Positions 1 to 14,041 of a stretch of DNA of 64,000 bases are shown here, in pieces. This DNA is from Octopus vulgaris. Lineage: Eukaryota. Made by a program: the position numbers and the translations under genes. Position 1 is the stretch's first letter, and each line of letters starts with the position of its first letter. The notes under the pieces are model-generated. The model did not search any database and was not told the origin of the DNA. It was given only the letters and a program-made list of their open reading frames with translations. The stretch lies in the NCBI GenBank assembly GCA_951406725.2, contig OX597818.1:119040001-119104000 (forward strand). The letters run 5' to 3'.

Positions 1-272
1 AGAGACAACGCTCTTTATTAGATTCCTATTGTAGCAAACATGCACATTGTGTAGATTGCGCATAATTTGTTCAGACTTGAAAGGTTGATGTATCCAAATA
101 TCACAATACAGGTGCTTCTTTGACAATCCACGAAACATAGATAAAAGCGGCTTACTTTTACAATGTCATTTAAACGTATAAAAATAATTATAAATTTTTA
201 GATTAGACACAAACTTACATACCTAAATGCGTATACACACATATCACGCACACACACATGTACACATATATG

Positions 273-278
<6 letters not shown>

Positions 279-364
<86 letters not shown>

Positions 365-392
365 GTGTGTGTATGTGTGTGTATGTGTGTGT

Positions 393-435
<43 letters not shown>

Positions 436-630
436 TGTGGTGATAATTTGCAAAACAAACAAAAGATGAAGACGCGTGTGTTAACAACAAACAGATGTAT
501 TAGTTTAAAGCTCCGGAAGTGATAAAGTGTTTTAGGTTTCGAGCCTACGCTCTTCGACAGAAAGGAACACAGAAATAAACAGGGAGAGAAAATATATATA
601 TATATATACATACACATACACGCACGCACG

Positions 631-716
<86 letters not shown>
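279..716. repeat. Compound (TA)n/(TG)n and (CA)n/(TA)n microsatellites flanking a ~140 bp insert
   Basis: Dinucleotide tracts at 279-438 and 592-716; they explain the [12 protein letters not shown] ORFs. Confidence 0.95.
453..591 (-). mobile_element. Penelope-like pLTR fragment with degenerate hammerhead motif
   Basis: Minus strand 533-560 reads CTGTCGA-A-GAGC-gtag-GCTC-GAAAC; lies between microsatellites; similar layout to 27930-28126. Confidence 0.45.
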
Positions 717-719
<3 letters not shown>

Positions 720-2047
720 GCATATATATGGGTGTCTAAAACGCTGTACTCTATTGGTTCTTAGAATGTGAATAACATTAAAAACTTAGCAAACTAGTTT
801 ATGCTACACAATCAGGTAGATGTGCGTGTACATCTACTTTTCAGAGTGTGAATGTTTGTGAGTGTATGTAAATGCGTCGGAACGTGTATGCGTGAAAGTG
901 AGAGTCATTTTATTCGGATACCAAATGTAGCGTACGGAATTTAATTTACCTTAATACGAAATTAATAACAATTCTGGAACATTTTATGTGTAAATAATAT
1001 TCGGTAATTTTTCATTTTTTTTTTCTTCTATTATCCCTGTAACTCAATTATATTAACACTGTGTGATTGATCAAATTTCATTTCAATTGTCTTAGGCAAC
1101 TGTACGACGGCGCAGCACATCTTTGCACAGCGCAAAACGTGGAAATGTTATGAAGCGAAACCCTTGAAAATGTACAGAATGTAATGGTAAGTGTCTGTCC
1201 TAAATACTAACACTGATTTTAAGGTATGATTGCATTGCATCAATTTTTCTTTCTAAAACAAGTTAGTCATCAGATAACCTCACTAAGGTGGTGATCGAGC
1301 AGAATTCTTAGAACGTCGAATTTGCTTTACCATATTACTCTCAGAATTACTATTCTACTAACTTTGCCCTTCTCCCTTTCGATGCCATTACCAGTAATTC
1401 TGTGTGTGTGTTTGTGTGTGTGTGTGTGTATGTGTATGTGTGCATCTGCGTGTAGGCGTTCCTTCAGTGCTTGTACGCGCACGCGTAGGTCTGTGTTTGT
1501 GTGTGTTATGAAGCTAAACGGTCGATGGCATGGCAGAAGTGAAATACAGGTGTGAAACAAAGCAAGAGAGGCAAGGGAAGGTAATATGACTGAGTTAGAA
1601 AACCACTGTGTAGGAGTGTTTGTGTTTTTATGTGGGCGAATAAAAACCGCGGGAGAGTTCTGGAGGCTACATATGTATGAATGAAAGACAAAAGCTGGTG
1701 GAGTAATAGCGAAGTGCTTATGTGTGTATGTATGTGTGCGAAGAATGCATAGTGTGAGTATTTGCGTGTCCACATGACTATATGTGTAGGTATATGTGTG
1801 TAAGAGATATAAAATATAGTGTATATATGTGTGGGTAGGTGTTTATAACTGCTATTATTATTAATGAATGGAAGAATTTTTTTATAACTTCATCTAATGG
1901 ATCCTCGAATGCTTCAAATGAGAGAATGGCATATTTTTTTTTTTTTGTTTAAATTACCATTGTTTTGGAAAACATATTTACATTAGATATTTCATGAATT
2001 CTTTCGTTTTCAGATTTCATACAAATTTATTTCCAAAGATCTCTCTC

Positions 2048-2086
<39 letters not shown>

Positions 2087-2303
2087 TGTTTTCTCTAATT
2101 TGTCATTATTATTTTTTGTACCTTGTCCATTCTCACCCCACACCAAATTCTTCTCACGTTTAGTTCTCAATTAATGTGAGTCACAGTAAAACAAAGGAGA
2201 CAGATATCGAATTTTTTTTAGTCTAAAACCATTCCTGTTTATGGGTATCGGCATGAGAATACGTTACAGCTATATCAAATATACGAGGAATTACTATTTA
2301 TTT

Positions 2304-2390
2304 ACATATATAGTTTTGCCACAGTTCGTACATGAAAAATAAAAATAAAATATTCACATATAACCGTAGACACACCCACACATATAAAAA

Positions 2391-2432
<42 letters not shown>

Positions 2433-2468
2433 CATACGTTCTAAACGGAATACACCTCAACTACACAC

Positions 2469-2533
<65 letters not shown>

Positions 2534-2652
2534 CATATATACCTATACATATATATATTTACATATATAGTTTTGCCATAATTATTTCGTAGATGAAAAA
2601 TAAAAATAATATTCACATATACCCGTAGACAAACCCACATATATATAAAAAC

Positions 2653-2660
<8 letters not shown>
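2304..2660 (+). repeat. Local direct duplication (~100 bp unit plus microsatellite, ~257 bp period)
   Basis: acatatatagttttgcca...atgaaaaataaaaata...attcacatata.ccgtagaca.acccaca...aaaaacgtgt occurs at ~2304 and ~2561. Confidence 0.85.
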
Positions 2661-2697
<37 letters not shown>

Positions 2698-3399
2698 TAT
2701 TTATTTATTTATCATAGGGACATTATAGTCGCTCTCTTTTCAATTGTTAATACTTAAATGGTGTCTTCAGAAAAACGAAATTACTCCTTATTCAAAATTC
2801 GAAAGAGAACTTCAAAACTTGAAGCGTTTTATATTTAAAGAAAGTCACATTATGAAAAACTATTTTTTTCTCTATATTATCAGATGGCACTTTTCATTAT
2901 TAATTTCTTTTTCATCATGAGTTATTTTCTCAATTTTCTTTCTCGCTTTTGTTCTAAGTGTATTTGTTTGTTTTGCTTTGTACCCGGCGTTCGCTAAATA
3001 TTTACAAAGAAAATCAGGCAGAAGTGATGACGTGAAATCGATAGTATGATAAGAGAATCGCAGGAAGAACATGTCTTTTTAGTCTCCTGGGGTGATGGCC
3101 ACCAATTGGAAAGTTATTCGTGATTTAACTATTTCGTACTCATCAGCAAAATTGTTACATTTTAGACTATAGCAGAAACACCTCTTCATTCACTAGAAGG
3201 AGTCAACAGTCGAGATTCTATCAAACAGAATTTTACGTGGTCACATTGTGCTACGAACAGCACGATGAGTTTCATCAGATGGAATGCTATAAGAATGAAA
3301 ATAAGAACGTTTTTCCTAATGCAAGCATTGTTACTTTCAGACTCAAAATGCTGGAGATGTCCTGTAGAACACATTTAGGCATAAATCTATTCAATAACG

Positions 3400-3664
3400 G
3401 TGGATGCGCAATGGCCCAGTGGTTAGGGCAGCCGTCACACAGTTGTGAGATCGCGTTTTCGATGCTCAGACCGGCCGTTGTTAGTGTTTATTGAGCGAAA
3501 ACACCTAAAGCTCCAGGTGGCTCCTGCAGGGGGTGGGGTGAACCCTGATATACTCTTTGACCACAATTTTCTCTCACTTTTTCTTCCTGTTTTTGTTGTA
3601 GGACCACTCATGTCACACTCCGTGTCACGTTGAATCTAATCGAGAACTATGTTAAGGGTACACG
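3400..3664 (+). mobile_element. tRNA-derived SINE family A (octopus OR1-like), 3' truncated
   Basis: Head GCAATGGCCCAGTGGTTAGGGCAGC (Pol III A-box); body aligns with copies at 11237, 27117, 34108 and 48256. Family name is from recall. Confidence 0.85.
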
Positions 3665-5059
3665 ATACTAGTTTATAAATTGTAGGGTGACATTTCTTGA
3701 ATCTAGTGTTTGTGATACACACACACCGAGAGTATGTATTTGTGCGTGTGTGCATGCGTGTGTTGGTGTGTGTGTGCGTGTGTGTTATAATGGAACTGAT
3801 TTGAGTCAAGTGATTATTATTTATAAACAACTTCATGATGTACACACATGGAAAGTTAAATTTCACCAATCTTTAACTTAAAACATTTAGCACTTAGTAA
3901 ATCAACCCAAATCGTTATTCAGAACAAGCATGAACAAAGGGATATATTCTATATATCATCTTGAGTTCCAGTCAAACACAAACAATAATTGAAATAGCAT
4001 CTCACATCAATAGAAATTTCAGTTTGTCATCAGAGGGAATTTCACGTGAATTGATATCCATTAATTACAACGGCCTGTTAAAATTTTGTAGCATTAGTAA
4101 CAGAGAACAACCAAAGTATAACTTGAACCAATCTTCTCTTCACACTAAGTCTCCAGGAGGACATATGCGAACGTTTTAGTCTTATTTATCTATCAATTTC
4201 CAAGAATATGGAAACGTCACAGACTCTATAATGTGTATGATGTTGAGATACACTTTCTTGGAAAAGACAAAACTCAGCATCACACACTGCAACGGAGAAA
4301 GAGAACTAATCTACGCAGGCTTTATCTCAGCCATTCTACTAATCGCAACAACCAAAATCAAACAACTATTCCCGTATTTTGCGTTTGTCGCGCAGTATTT
4401 AGTCGGAAGATTATTGCTGGGAAAACCTTTAAGGACTTCAATAAAATATTAACTTATATGAGCTCTGAGACCAATGGAAAGCTTAACCGACAGGCACCAA
4501 ATTATCGCGAAACTTCGACAGCAGGGTAATTACCTGCCCAGTGTAAAACGTCGTGGTATCCCATAATTTTCGTAATTTATCACTGCACGTATTATATTAT
4601 GTTGTATCCTTTAACAACTGAAACTTTATACAACTGTCGTTGTCGCCGTTTCGAGTGAATTCTTAGTCATTAGTTGTTAACGCGATCTAAATAAATTTAA
4701 GTGAGATATTTGTCATCTTTAACAATAAAGTTGACGAGACGATATAAACGAACGGAAACAGCGAACATTACAATATTGTATTGGCAAAGTGAGATTTTTA
4801 ACTGCAAAGAAACTACGCCTATTTAATGTCCTAAAGGTGCTGCACATCCACCAGATATTAGACAACCGATTGAAATCCTACTAGTGGCCCAAAAATGGTT
4901 CCAAACCATGATCCGGAAACGCAAATAGATACGCCATTCTTTTCTCATAACATAGCAATCACCTTTAATCGCATCAGTTACCGACGAAGTCACATACCAT
5001 GGTGTAACTCATTATGAAAATTTTAGTGCGGCATATCTTACGCACAACAAAAGATTGCG

Positions 5060-5115
<56 letters not shown>

Positions 5116-5179
5116 CATACATACATAAATACATACATAAATACATACATACATACACGCAAACACACACAGGCACACA

Positions 5180-5224
<45 letters not shown>

Positions 5225-5290
5225 CGTATTACTTCAAGTTTCGAAGCCCCTAACGCACCCTATCTATTCAATCTTGTAAGAATTCGAATG

Positions 5291-5328
<38 letters not shown>

Positions 5329-5373
5329 TGTGTGTGTAAGTATGTTTATGTATATATATATATATATATATAT

Positions 5374-5426
<53 letters not shown>

Positions 5427-5724
5427 ATACATGTAAAGTTATATTTAATATAGATATACGCATATACACATATACACATGTATATGTACGAGTGTGTACG
5501 TATGTCCGAGTGCGTGTGCGTGCGTGTTTGTGCATGTGTGTGTTCTTGTCTGTATGCTAGTTTGTGCATGAGAGTGTAAAATAGTAAAATATATTAATAG
5601 TGTGCAGTGAACTTACAACGACACATATTGATAAGGGAAAATTAATGAGAAGCAGCATAATATTACTTCCACCTTGGAGGATATGAAACTGATCTCTATC
5701 ATTATTTTCTCTTCTTTCAACTTT

Positions 5725-5757
5725 TCCCTGAAGAAGCATTCTATCCGAAACGTTGGA
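5725..5757 (+). ncRNA. Minimal type-I hammerhead ribozyme motif (one stem II mismatch)
   Basis: tcc-CTGAAGA-A-GCAT-tct-ATCC-GAAAC-GTT-gga: core, stem II, palindromic AACGTT helix III and 3-bp stem I. Confidence 0.5.
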
Positions 5758-5932
5758 TTTCTCACTCTCCACGGCCAGGTCAGTGGACGCACTTTATCGA
5801 TTTTAGAAAGTCATACAAATCTCTCCTACACAGACAAATAGGAGCTACTTTGAAGTCTATTTATTCGTATTATATATGTACGTGTGTATGTACGTATGTA
5901 TGTATGTATGTATGTATGTATGTATATATATA

Positions 5933-5970
<38 letters not shown>

Positions 5971-6140
5971 CAAATAATCAAAAGTACATACACGCACACA
6001 TATGCACACACCTAACCAAATATGCGTGGTTGGATAACAGAAAGAGAGAGAGACAGAGATAGAGAGAGAGAGAGAGAGACCATGCGTGTTTGCCTGATTG
6101 CCAGTATGTCTATTATAATTTGCCCGCCAGATATATAGAT

Positions 6141-6186
<46 letters not shown>

Positions 6187-6293
6187 TATATATATATATA
6201 TACATATATACATATATGCATATATATATACATACATAAATACATATATATATATATATACATATATACATATATAAATATATACATACATAT

Positions 6294-6325
<32 letters not shown>

Positions 6326-6326
<1 letters not shown>

Positions 6327-6420
6327 CCTACACACACATACATATATATATTTGGATTAACTTTATATATATATATATATATATATACCTACACACACAT
6401 ACATATATATATTTGGATTA

Positions 6421-6455
<35 letters not shown>

Positions 6456-6481
6456 ACACACACATACATATGTTTGGATTA

Positions 6482-6490
<9 letters not shown>
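6326..6490. repeat. Three tandem ~60 bp units: acctacacacacatacata...tttggattaactt(ta)n
   Basis: Unit visible three times with variable (TA)n length. Confidence 0.9.
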
Positions 6491-6537
<47 letters not shown>

Positions 6538-7244
6538 CACATATACACGTACGCACACCTACGCAAGCATATACATGTTTACATACAGCTATCAATGTCC
6601 TCTGTTTATCGAACTAAATCTAATATCATGTGTTTAAATTCTTGCAATATTTCATTGATGACGCTAAAATTAACAAGAAATGTAAGTATTAATGACAAGG
6701 CCTTTGTCTATGTTGTTTATAAGTATTAATTGCATTCTTTATACTTCTGACGATCGATGCGAGTATCTGTTGCAGTTGATTCTCTTAAGAGTCAGATTCC
6801 CACCAACATTATTGGTGTGAACAACAGCTGTGAAATTCTGCCCCATTCCCGTTTAGTATTCACAATGGCCGGCGTATGAAATCTATTGTCACCCTCTAAA
6901 TTCCAATCGATTTATGATTCCCAATTGTAATTGCATACCATTTTCAAAGATTATGATCGAATAGATTTTCCCTTTTATAATGCACTGTCCCGCATCTCTT
7001 ATGATCTTCTATTAGTTTTACATTGCTTTTATACGCCATTTTATATGCAATGAAAGAAACTAAAGCGTTTCGATTTTTTATTTAGTCGCTGCCTATTTCA
7101 CTGTTTTTCTATTTCTCTCTCTTTCACGTTCCCCTATATGTTTCTCTGTCCCTGTCTGTCAGTCTGTCTGTCTGTCTCTTTCTCTCTCTCTCTTTCTGTA
7201 TGAAACTACACGCAAGCACATACATACATACATACACACACACA

Positions 7245-7293
<49 letters not shown>

Positions 7294-7319
7294 GCACTTA
7301 TACACACATTTATACATGA

Positions 7320-7363
<44 letters not shown>

Positions 7364-7555
7364 AGAGAGAGAGAGAGAGAGAGAGTTATACGCATATCAT
7401 ATATAAAGACATATATGTATTTATGAATTATGTATGTATGTATCTATCTATGTATCTGTCTGTGTGTACATATATATATGTATATATCATATATAAATAT
7501 ATGTATGTATGTGTCTATGTATCTATGTATGTATATATCTGTCAATCTATTTATA

Positions 7556-7630
<75 letters not shown>

Positions 7631-9324
7631 GTATGTGTGAGTGTATATGTGTGTATGTGTGTTTGTGTTTACATGTGTCTGTGTGTATGTCGATATACAT
7701 GCATCTACGAAGCTCTGCAACACAGTGCAATTACACTGTGCTTCTTTCCGTTACTACAATAAAAGATACTGATTCTCATTAAAAAATGATACTGAATTTC
7801 CTTGTCGCATGGAGATTTTTGTAGCTGCCTCTCTTCTTCGTTTTATTGTTGATGCACATTTAGTGATAAACACATATCCTTGTCTGCAATAAGTTATATT
7901 GTGAGAACTATGTAGGAAAGAAGTTCAATTGTTGTTGCATTGAAGCTATACTCCAATTAAAAAGGGAAAACGGATATTTACTGCAGAACTACTTGGTAAT
8001 ATGTTTGTATGCACACTCAATGTTTGAAGTGAAGGCTTAGATATTCTGTGTGCCGGCCGGTCGTGCGGATATATTGTATCGTAAAACTGTATGGGTGTGT
8101 TCTTTCTTTAGTTAGAGCTGTGAAGCAATTTAAGCCACCATTTAATACTCCTAATTATTAAGAGTTTGAAATCAATCCTTTATATAAACCCCATGACGCC
8201 GATATTTTTCAGCGAATATTTGTATTTGTTTTGTAAAGCAGATATACTCGAAAGGTAACATCTGGAAAACCACATTTACACGTGAATTAATTGACATTAG
8301 AATTTGTAGTAATTTTAGCCTCCTGGTGTTCATGAAATACCTGTTAGTCGCCAAAAATGTGTCTGATTTACAGTGTTTTTCGCTTGAGTTCCAGTCAGAA
8401 CTGCAAACTTCAGAGAGTAATGTCGATGTGTAGCTGAATAAAATGTCTAGCCTCTAAATTTCCCCCAATAAAAAAACACTCTTGCATTTATTTTATGATG
8501 TTGAAGGCCTCTTACATTTTGGAAGATACAAGGGCCCATACATTACACGAATATTTTTAATTGTGAATTTTAGTATAAACACCACGGATGCAGAAGTTTC
8601 CTTGAGACTCATTAAGTGTGTCACAAATTTCTGATCAGTTAATTAATAAGTACCCCCACTATATCATTGTCAAATACTAGCCACGTCTTCCTCGACATGG
8701 GGGGAATGCTATAGTGAAATGCATATACCTACTTAGATGCGAGAGGTTAGAAATTGTGTGTATACGAGTCCATTTATTATACAATTTACGCTAAAACCTT
8801 TAGAAATGTAGACAAACCCACGCAAAATTTCAAAAGTTTAGAACCAATTATGTAACACACTTGAAATGAAACTATCAAAAGTATTGAGAAAAGATTCATA
8901 AACGTCAATATCAAAATCTGTGAGACGTCCAACCTTATGCAGGTTTTTAGTAGAAATACGAATCTCCTGTGAAGAAAGAAAACCCTTTTCAATTGTATAT
9001 ATGTATGTCAATGTTATATAAAATGAATTCTGTCAGTGTTTGGCTGACTTGAAAAGAAAGAAAATATAGATTCATTAGTCAGAGTGCCTTAACTTAAAAA
9101 TGACTTTGGATTTCTACAATTCTGATTTAGCGGCGTGTATTATTATTTATTTGTGGCATTTTCCTTCTTGAAATATTGTGTTATATCTAACTTCATGCAT
9201 TACTGAATTACATGTTTCATGGAAAAGGATGTCGTGACATGACTTTTTTTAGCATGCTAAAAAAAGTAAGCCGCTTATAGTCATTTTACGAAGAGCAAAA
9301 TTATCAGATAAAATATTGATTTCC

Positions 9325-9525
9325 AATGTTAGTACTAGGCCAGCAATTGCACTGGAGCCAACTACAACGACACCAGTGTTCAACTGGTACTTGCTTCATC
9401 TATCTCTAAATGATGAAATGCAAATTTGACCCCGGCGGTGTTTGGACTCAAAGCATAAAGTCGGAAGAAATGGTTCTAAGCATTGTTTTGGGTGCGTTAA
9501 AGATGATGCCATCTTACCGTCTTAT
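9325..9525 (-). mobile_element. SINE family C, old divergent copy
   Basis: caactggtactt...atgaaatgcaaatttgaccccggcgg...actcaaagcataaag resembles the reverse complement of family C. Confidence 0.55.
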
Positions 9526-9636
9526 TATGCGATAAATCATTAATCTCTGAAGTTGGAAATTAGAGATGGATGTGTTTGAATGAAAGATCAGAATTGAGGA
9601 TATGTTGAAAACAATAGTAATGTCTTATCGATTTAT

Positions 9637-9999
9637 AGGCGTATGAGTGGCTGTGAGGTAAGTAGTTTGCTTACGAACCACATGGTTCCGGGCTCAGTCC
9701 CACTGCGTGGCACCTTTGCCAAGTGTCTTCTACTATAGCCTCGGGCCGACCAAAGCCTTGTGAGTGAATTTGACAGACGGAATTGGAAAGCCCGTCGTAT
9801 ATATATGTATATATATATAAATAATAATAAATATTAGGGAATGAATCCAAAATTACAGGGAAAAATCAGATTTAGGGTTAAATCCAATTTTATAGTAAAA
9901 TATTATATAATATAATTCGAGACAAAATTTATATTAACATTTTATGTATTGATTAAGTCTTTCCTTGTTTGGTTTTAAAATAGTGGTTTTGTCTCGAAT

Positions 10000-10045
<46 letters not shown>

Positions 10046-10252
10046 TTGTGTCTGTGTTTGTCTCCCCAACATCGCTTGACAACCGATGCTGGTGTGTTTA
10101 TGTTCCCTTACCTTAGCGGTTCGGGAAAAGTGACCGATAGAATAAGTACTTGACTTACAATGAATAAGCCCTGCGGTCGATTTGCTCGACTAAAGGCGTT
10201 GCTCCAGCATGGCCGCAGTCACATGACTGAAACAAGTAAAAGAGTAAAAGAG
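9637..10252 (+). mobile_element. tRNA-derived CORE-type SINE family B (octopus OR2-like), with nested insert
   Basis: A-box TGGCTGTGAGG, B-box GGCTCAGTCCC, CORE-like CCTTTGCCAAGTGTC, internal microsatellite, tail CAGCATGGCCGCAGTCACATGACTGAAACAAG(TAAAAGAG)n. Confidence 0.9.
9820..10009 (-). mobile_element. Centre-deleted copy of the 51511-51907 hairpin element, inside the SINE's (TA)n tract
   Basis: 9820-9927 matches the reverse complement of ~51801-51907; ~9940-10009 matches ~51753-51824 directly; perfect 23-bp inverted repeat 9905-9927/9987-10009. Confidence 0.85.
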
Positions 10253-10724
10253 TATAAGCTTCAAGGTATGTGTTTCAACGAAAAACATGAAACTATAATG
10301 AATTTTAGGAGACATGCCATGATTGTATGTGCAATTTGTAATATTTTTGTTCCCTCTTTGTAATGGGTATTGATAACGTGAGTTTTATAAACTTCGCCAA
10401 GGGAACCAAAGTATAGAAGAAGGATAACTTAAAACGTAACTCATTGAAGACATGCATAGAATATCTCATAATATCATTTTCACACCAGCATTTCTTCACA
10501 TGTTAGTTACTTTACGTCTTTCGTACATCACGAGATGATATTGCGTTTCAACAAATGTGACAGAACTTTAAAGTGACGATGCTTAACCTGGAGCCAAGAC
10601 GATTGTTTTACGAACACAATCACGCGCTTATCAAAAAAAAAAAAAAAAGAAATACCCTGAATTTGTAAAGGAATGCAAAATTTGTTACTAAAAGATAAAA
10701 TGAAATAATAGTAGTAGTAATATT

Positions 10725-10756
10725 AATAATAATAAGACTACTACTACTACTACTTC

Positions 10757-10815
<59 letters not shown>

Positions 10816-11044
10816 TTGATGAGAGCATTATCGCTGTGAAAACAACATCCATTCAGGGATTTATTTATTTATTAATCTTTTAAATACATATTTTACTTGT
10901 GAATTTGCGTGTGTACTCTGGGAGTGCATGCAATGAGCTTCTCTGCCCTGGGTTTAAGGAAAACATTCGGTGAGAAATGGAAGAAAATTTGAAGAAAGAA
11001 GGAAACATTATAATAATGATGGTAACAACAACAACAACAACAAC

Positions 11045-11078
<34 letters not shown>
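10725..11078. repeat. (ACT)n/(AAT)n and (AAC)n/(AAT)n microsatellites
   Basis: Trinucleotide tracts at ~10737-10812 and ~11023-11078. Confidence 0.9.
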
Positions 11079-11081
<3 letters not shown>

Positions 11082-11236
11082 GAAATACTTTTATTCAGTT
11101 TGCAGATTTATGCGAAGTGTGACAATTTTAGAAAAAGAAAAATGATGAAAATTTCGCTCGGAAATGACTGACACAGAAAAGATATAGAAATGGGAAATAC
11201 AATTCAAGATTAATTGCATAATGCCAGTTTAGATAT

Positions 11237-11625
11237 GGGAAGCACTCCGTCGGTTACGACGATGAGGGTTCCGGTTGATCCGAATCAACGGAATAGCCTG
11301 CTCATGAAATTAACGTGTAAGTGGCTAAGCACTCCACAGACACGTGTACCCTTAACGTAGTTCTCAGGGATATTCAGCGTGACACAGAGAGTGACAAGGC
11401 CGGCCCTTTGAAATACAGGTACAACAGAAACAGGAAGCAAGAGTGAGAGAAAGTTGTGGTGAAAGAGTACAGCAGGGATCACCACCATCCCCTGCCGGAG
11501 TCTCGTGGAGCTTTTAGGTGTTTTCGCTCAAGAAAAAACTCACAACACCCGGTCTGGGAATCGAAACCGCGATCCTATGACCGCGAGTCCGCTGCGCTAA
11601 CCACTGGGCCATTGCGCCTCCGCAT
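11237..11625 (-). mobile_element. SINE family A, full length, with 9-bp TSD
   Basis: tRNA-like head (A-box TGGCCCAGTGG, B-box GGTTTCGATTCC) on minus strand; TTTAGATAT direct repeat at 11228-11236 and 11626-11634. Confidence 0.92.
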
Positions 11626-13625
11626 TTTAGATATACGGTCGTATACTCATAGCGAATTTAATTTAATTCCATTGACCTACATTGTTTTATAACAGTGAGC
11701 GAAATTATCTGAAAATCTACCACAACGCTTCCCTGTTAAAACAGTGAACACGTAACATCTTGGACGGTATTTGAGGCATTTTGTTACATAATTACTCGGT
11801 TAAAAACTTACAACTCGTGATCACGATCTGTGATAAAACTTGTCTACTTGGACGCGATGTATTAAGAGTTAACTCAAAACAATCTAATTCTGCTGAGCTT
11901 TGCAGGTTCATTGATATGTATAAAACCAGTATTAAACCATCGAATATACACATCTTTTCATATCCTTACGTATCTTTCAAAAGTACCAATTTATAATGAC
12001 TGAAGCGTGGAAGATACATGCTAGATATTCAGAAACACACTGTTCTTGCCATTTAAACATTTATTATTCTTATTATGGTTTCAAAATGGTCTTCCCACAA
12101 AACTGCGCTCTGATCACAGATAACATTGAAATTATTAGTCTTACTGTGATTCTGAATGGCGGGCATATGTTTTTCAGGCTACAATCGCTTTTGTTTTAAC
12201 ATGCGGTCTCAGATAAAAAAATATTTCCCATTGCAAGCATGTCTCCATAATGACCCCCATCTAATGATAGTTGTAAAGTCATAGACAGCTATAAACAAAG
12301 CATATAAGCTTGGTTAAACCAAGTAAGCATGGTCTATTTCAGTAATATGAAAACGTAATAGTATTTAACGGATCAGTAGTGAGTACAATGTAGTGTTAAT
12401 TACATGCTGTACAGTCCAAAAGGAACATCTAAATGTGAGACATCATCTATACAGAATGAAAGCATGCTCTTGATCAATAACAAGCGACACACTCCACAGT
12501 ATCAACATTGAAATGACCCTCAAGGAAAGCACTACAAGTCATGTGAAATATGAAGGCAGCTTCATTCAACAAGAACGTACAACACGTATCCAATTCATAA
12601 AGATTCGATGAACAAAATAATAATTGTCCACATCTTCCACCAAATTACTAATTTGATTGTTAAGTTATTATCTTCTGTATTATTCCGCTGAGATATGTAT
12701 CCCTCAGTAATATAGGAGGTAATGGCAAATGAGGGTTGATCTGGTCACCAGACATCGGAAAGTTAGTGTTGACGTTTCTATAGTCAACATACCCAACACA
12801 ATGATTTATAGCGTATTAAGTATTTCTCGATGACAAGAAAAACGATTGAAACGAAAGCAAACTTATTGATTTTCTGTTACTGAAATCGTTTCATGATATT
12901 CTCTCCTTATCCTCTGACAAAAGAATGTCGTGATTTTTATGAATTTTACAATAAATAAATATAGTCATGTACATTATCGCAATGAATATTAAATATACTT
13001 GAAACATCTAGAAGTCTACATCCTTTATCATCTTTTAAGCCCCCGATCATAACGTAAATGCTATAAACAATGCACAACACATTACTTGGTGGATATTCTA
13101 CTCGTATTTCTTTCAAGTTATCACGCCACGTTGAATTTATTTAGAAAATATCAGCTTTCCCTGAAGCCATATTTGTCAAGAAGAGCTTGAGAGATCACAG
13201 TTTATTGAAAAGTTTAAACCATACCGTGATATGTCTAGTGTTGCTCTACCACTGTCAACAAAGGACACACTTCCTGTTACACTAAATGTATTATATTTTC
13301 AATTGATTTAAATTATTATTTGGATCCGAATTGAATATTAAGCTATTTTCTTTTAAACATTATAAATAGATAATTATTGAAAGTGTCTAATTGTCCTTGT
13401 ATATGTTAAACGTTCTTATTACCACAGGTCTATTATTAAATTCCATCCATACATTTCATCAAATATTCTAACAAATGTTTGAGTTTCATGCAAAACATAT
13501 CTCTGAATATTATTTCCATATCTTGTGTATAATCAAACAATAGACGACGTACATGGTCACTGAATTTTCTAACAATAGAAGCAGAAACCCATCTTAACGT
13601 CTTAAACAGAGGTGCAAACTAATAT

Positions 13626-14041
13626 ACTCTTTACTCTTTTACTCTTTTACTTGTTTCAGTCATTTGACTGCGGCCATGCTGGAGCACCGCCTTTAGTCGA
13701 GCAAATCGACCCCGGGACTTATTCTTTGTAAGCCCAGTACTTATTCTATCGGTCTCTTTTGCCGAACCGCTAAGTGACGGGGACGTAAACACACCAGCAT
13801 CGGTTGTCAAGCAATGCTAGGGGGACAAACACAGACACACAAACATATACACACACACTTATATATATACATATATACGACAGGCTTCTTTCAGTTTCCA
13901 TCTACCAAATCCACTCACAAGGCATTGGTCGGCCCGGGGCTATAGCAGAAGACACTTGCCCAAGATGCCACGCAGTGGGACTGAACCCGGAACCATGTGG
14001 TTGGTTAGCAAGCTACTTACCACACAGCCACTCCTGCGCCT
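13626..14041 (-). mobile_element. SINE family B, full length, young
   Basis: Closely similar to 45233-45628; head, CORE-like box and (TAAAAGAG)n tail present. Confidence 0.92.

Noticed and set aside
11550-11621. tRNA-like sequences with A/B boxes (also 34340-34413 and others)
   Set aside because: They are heads of multi-copy SINEs with bodies and TSDs, not tRNA genes.
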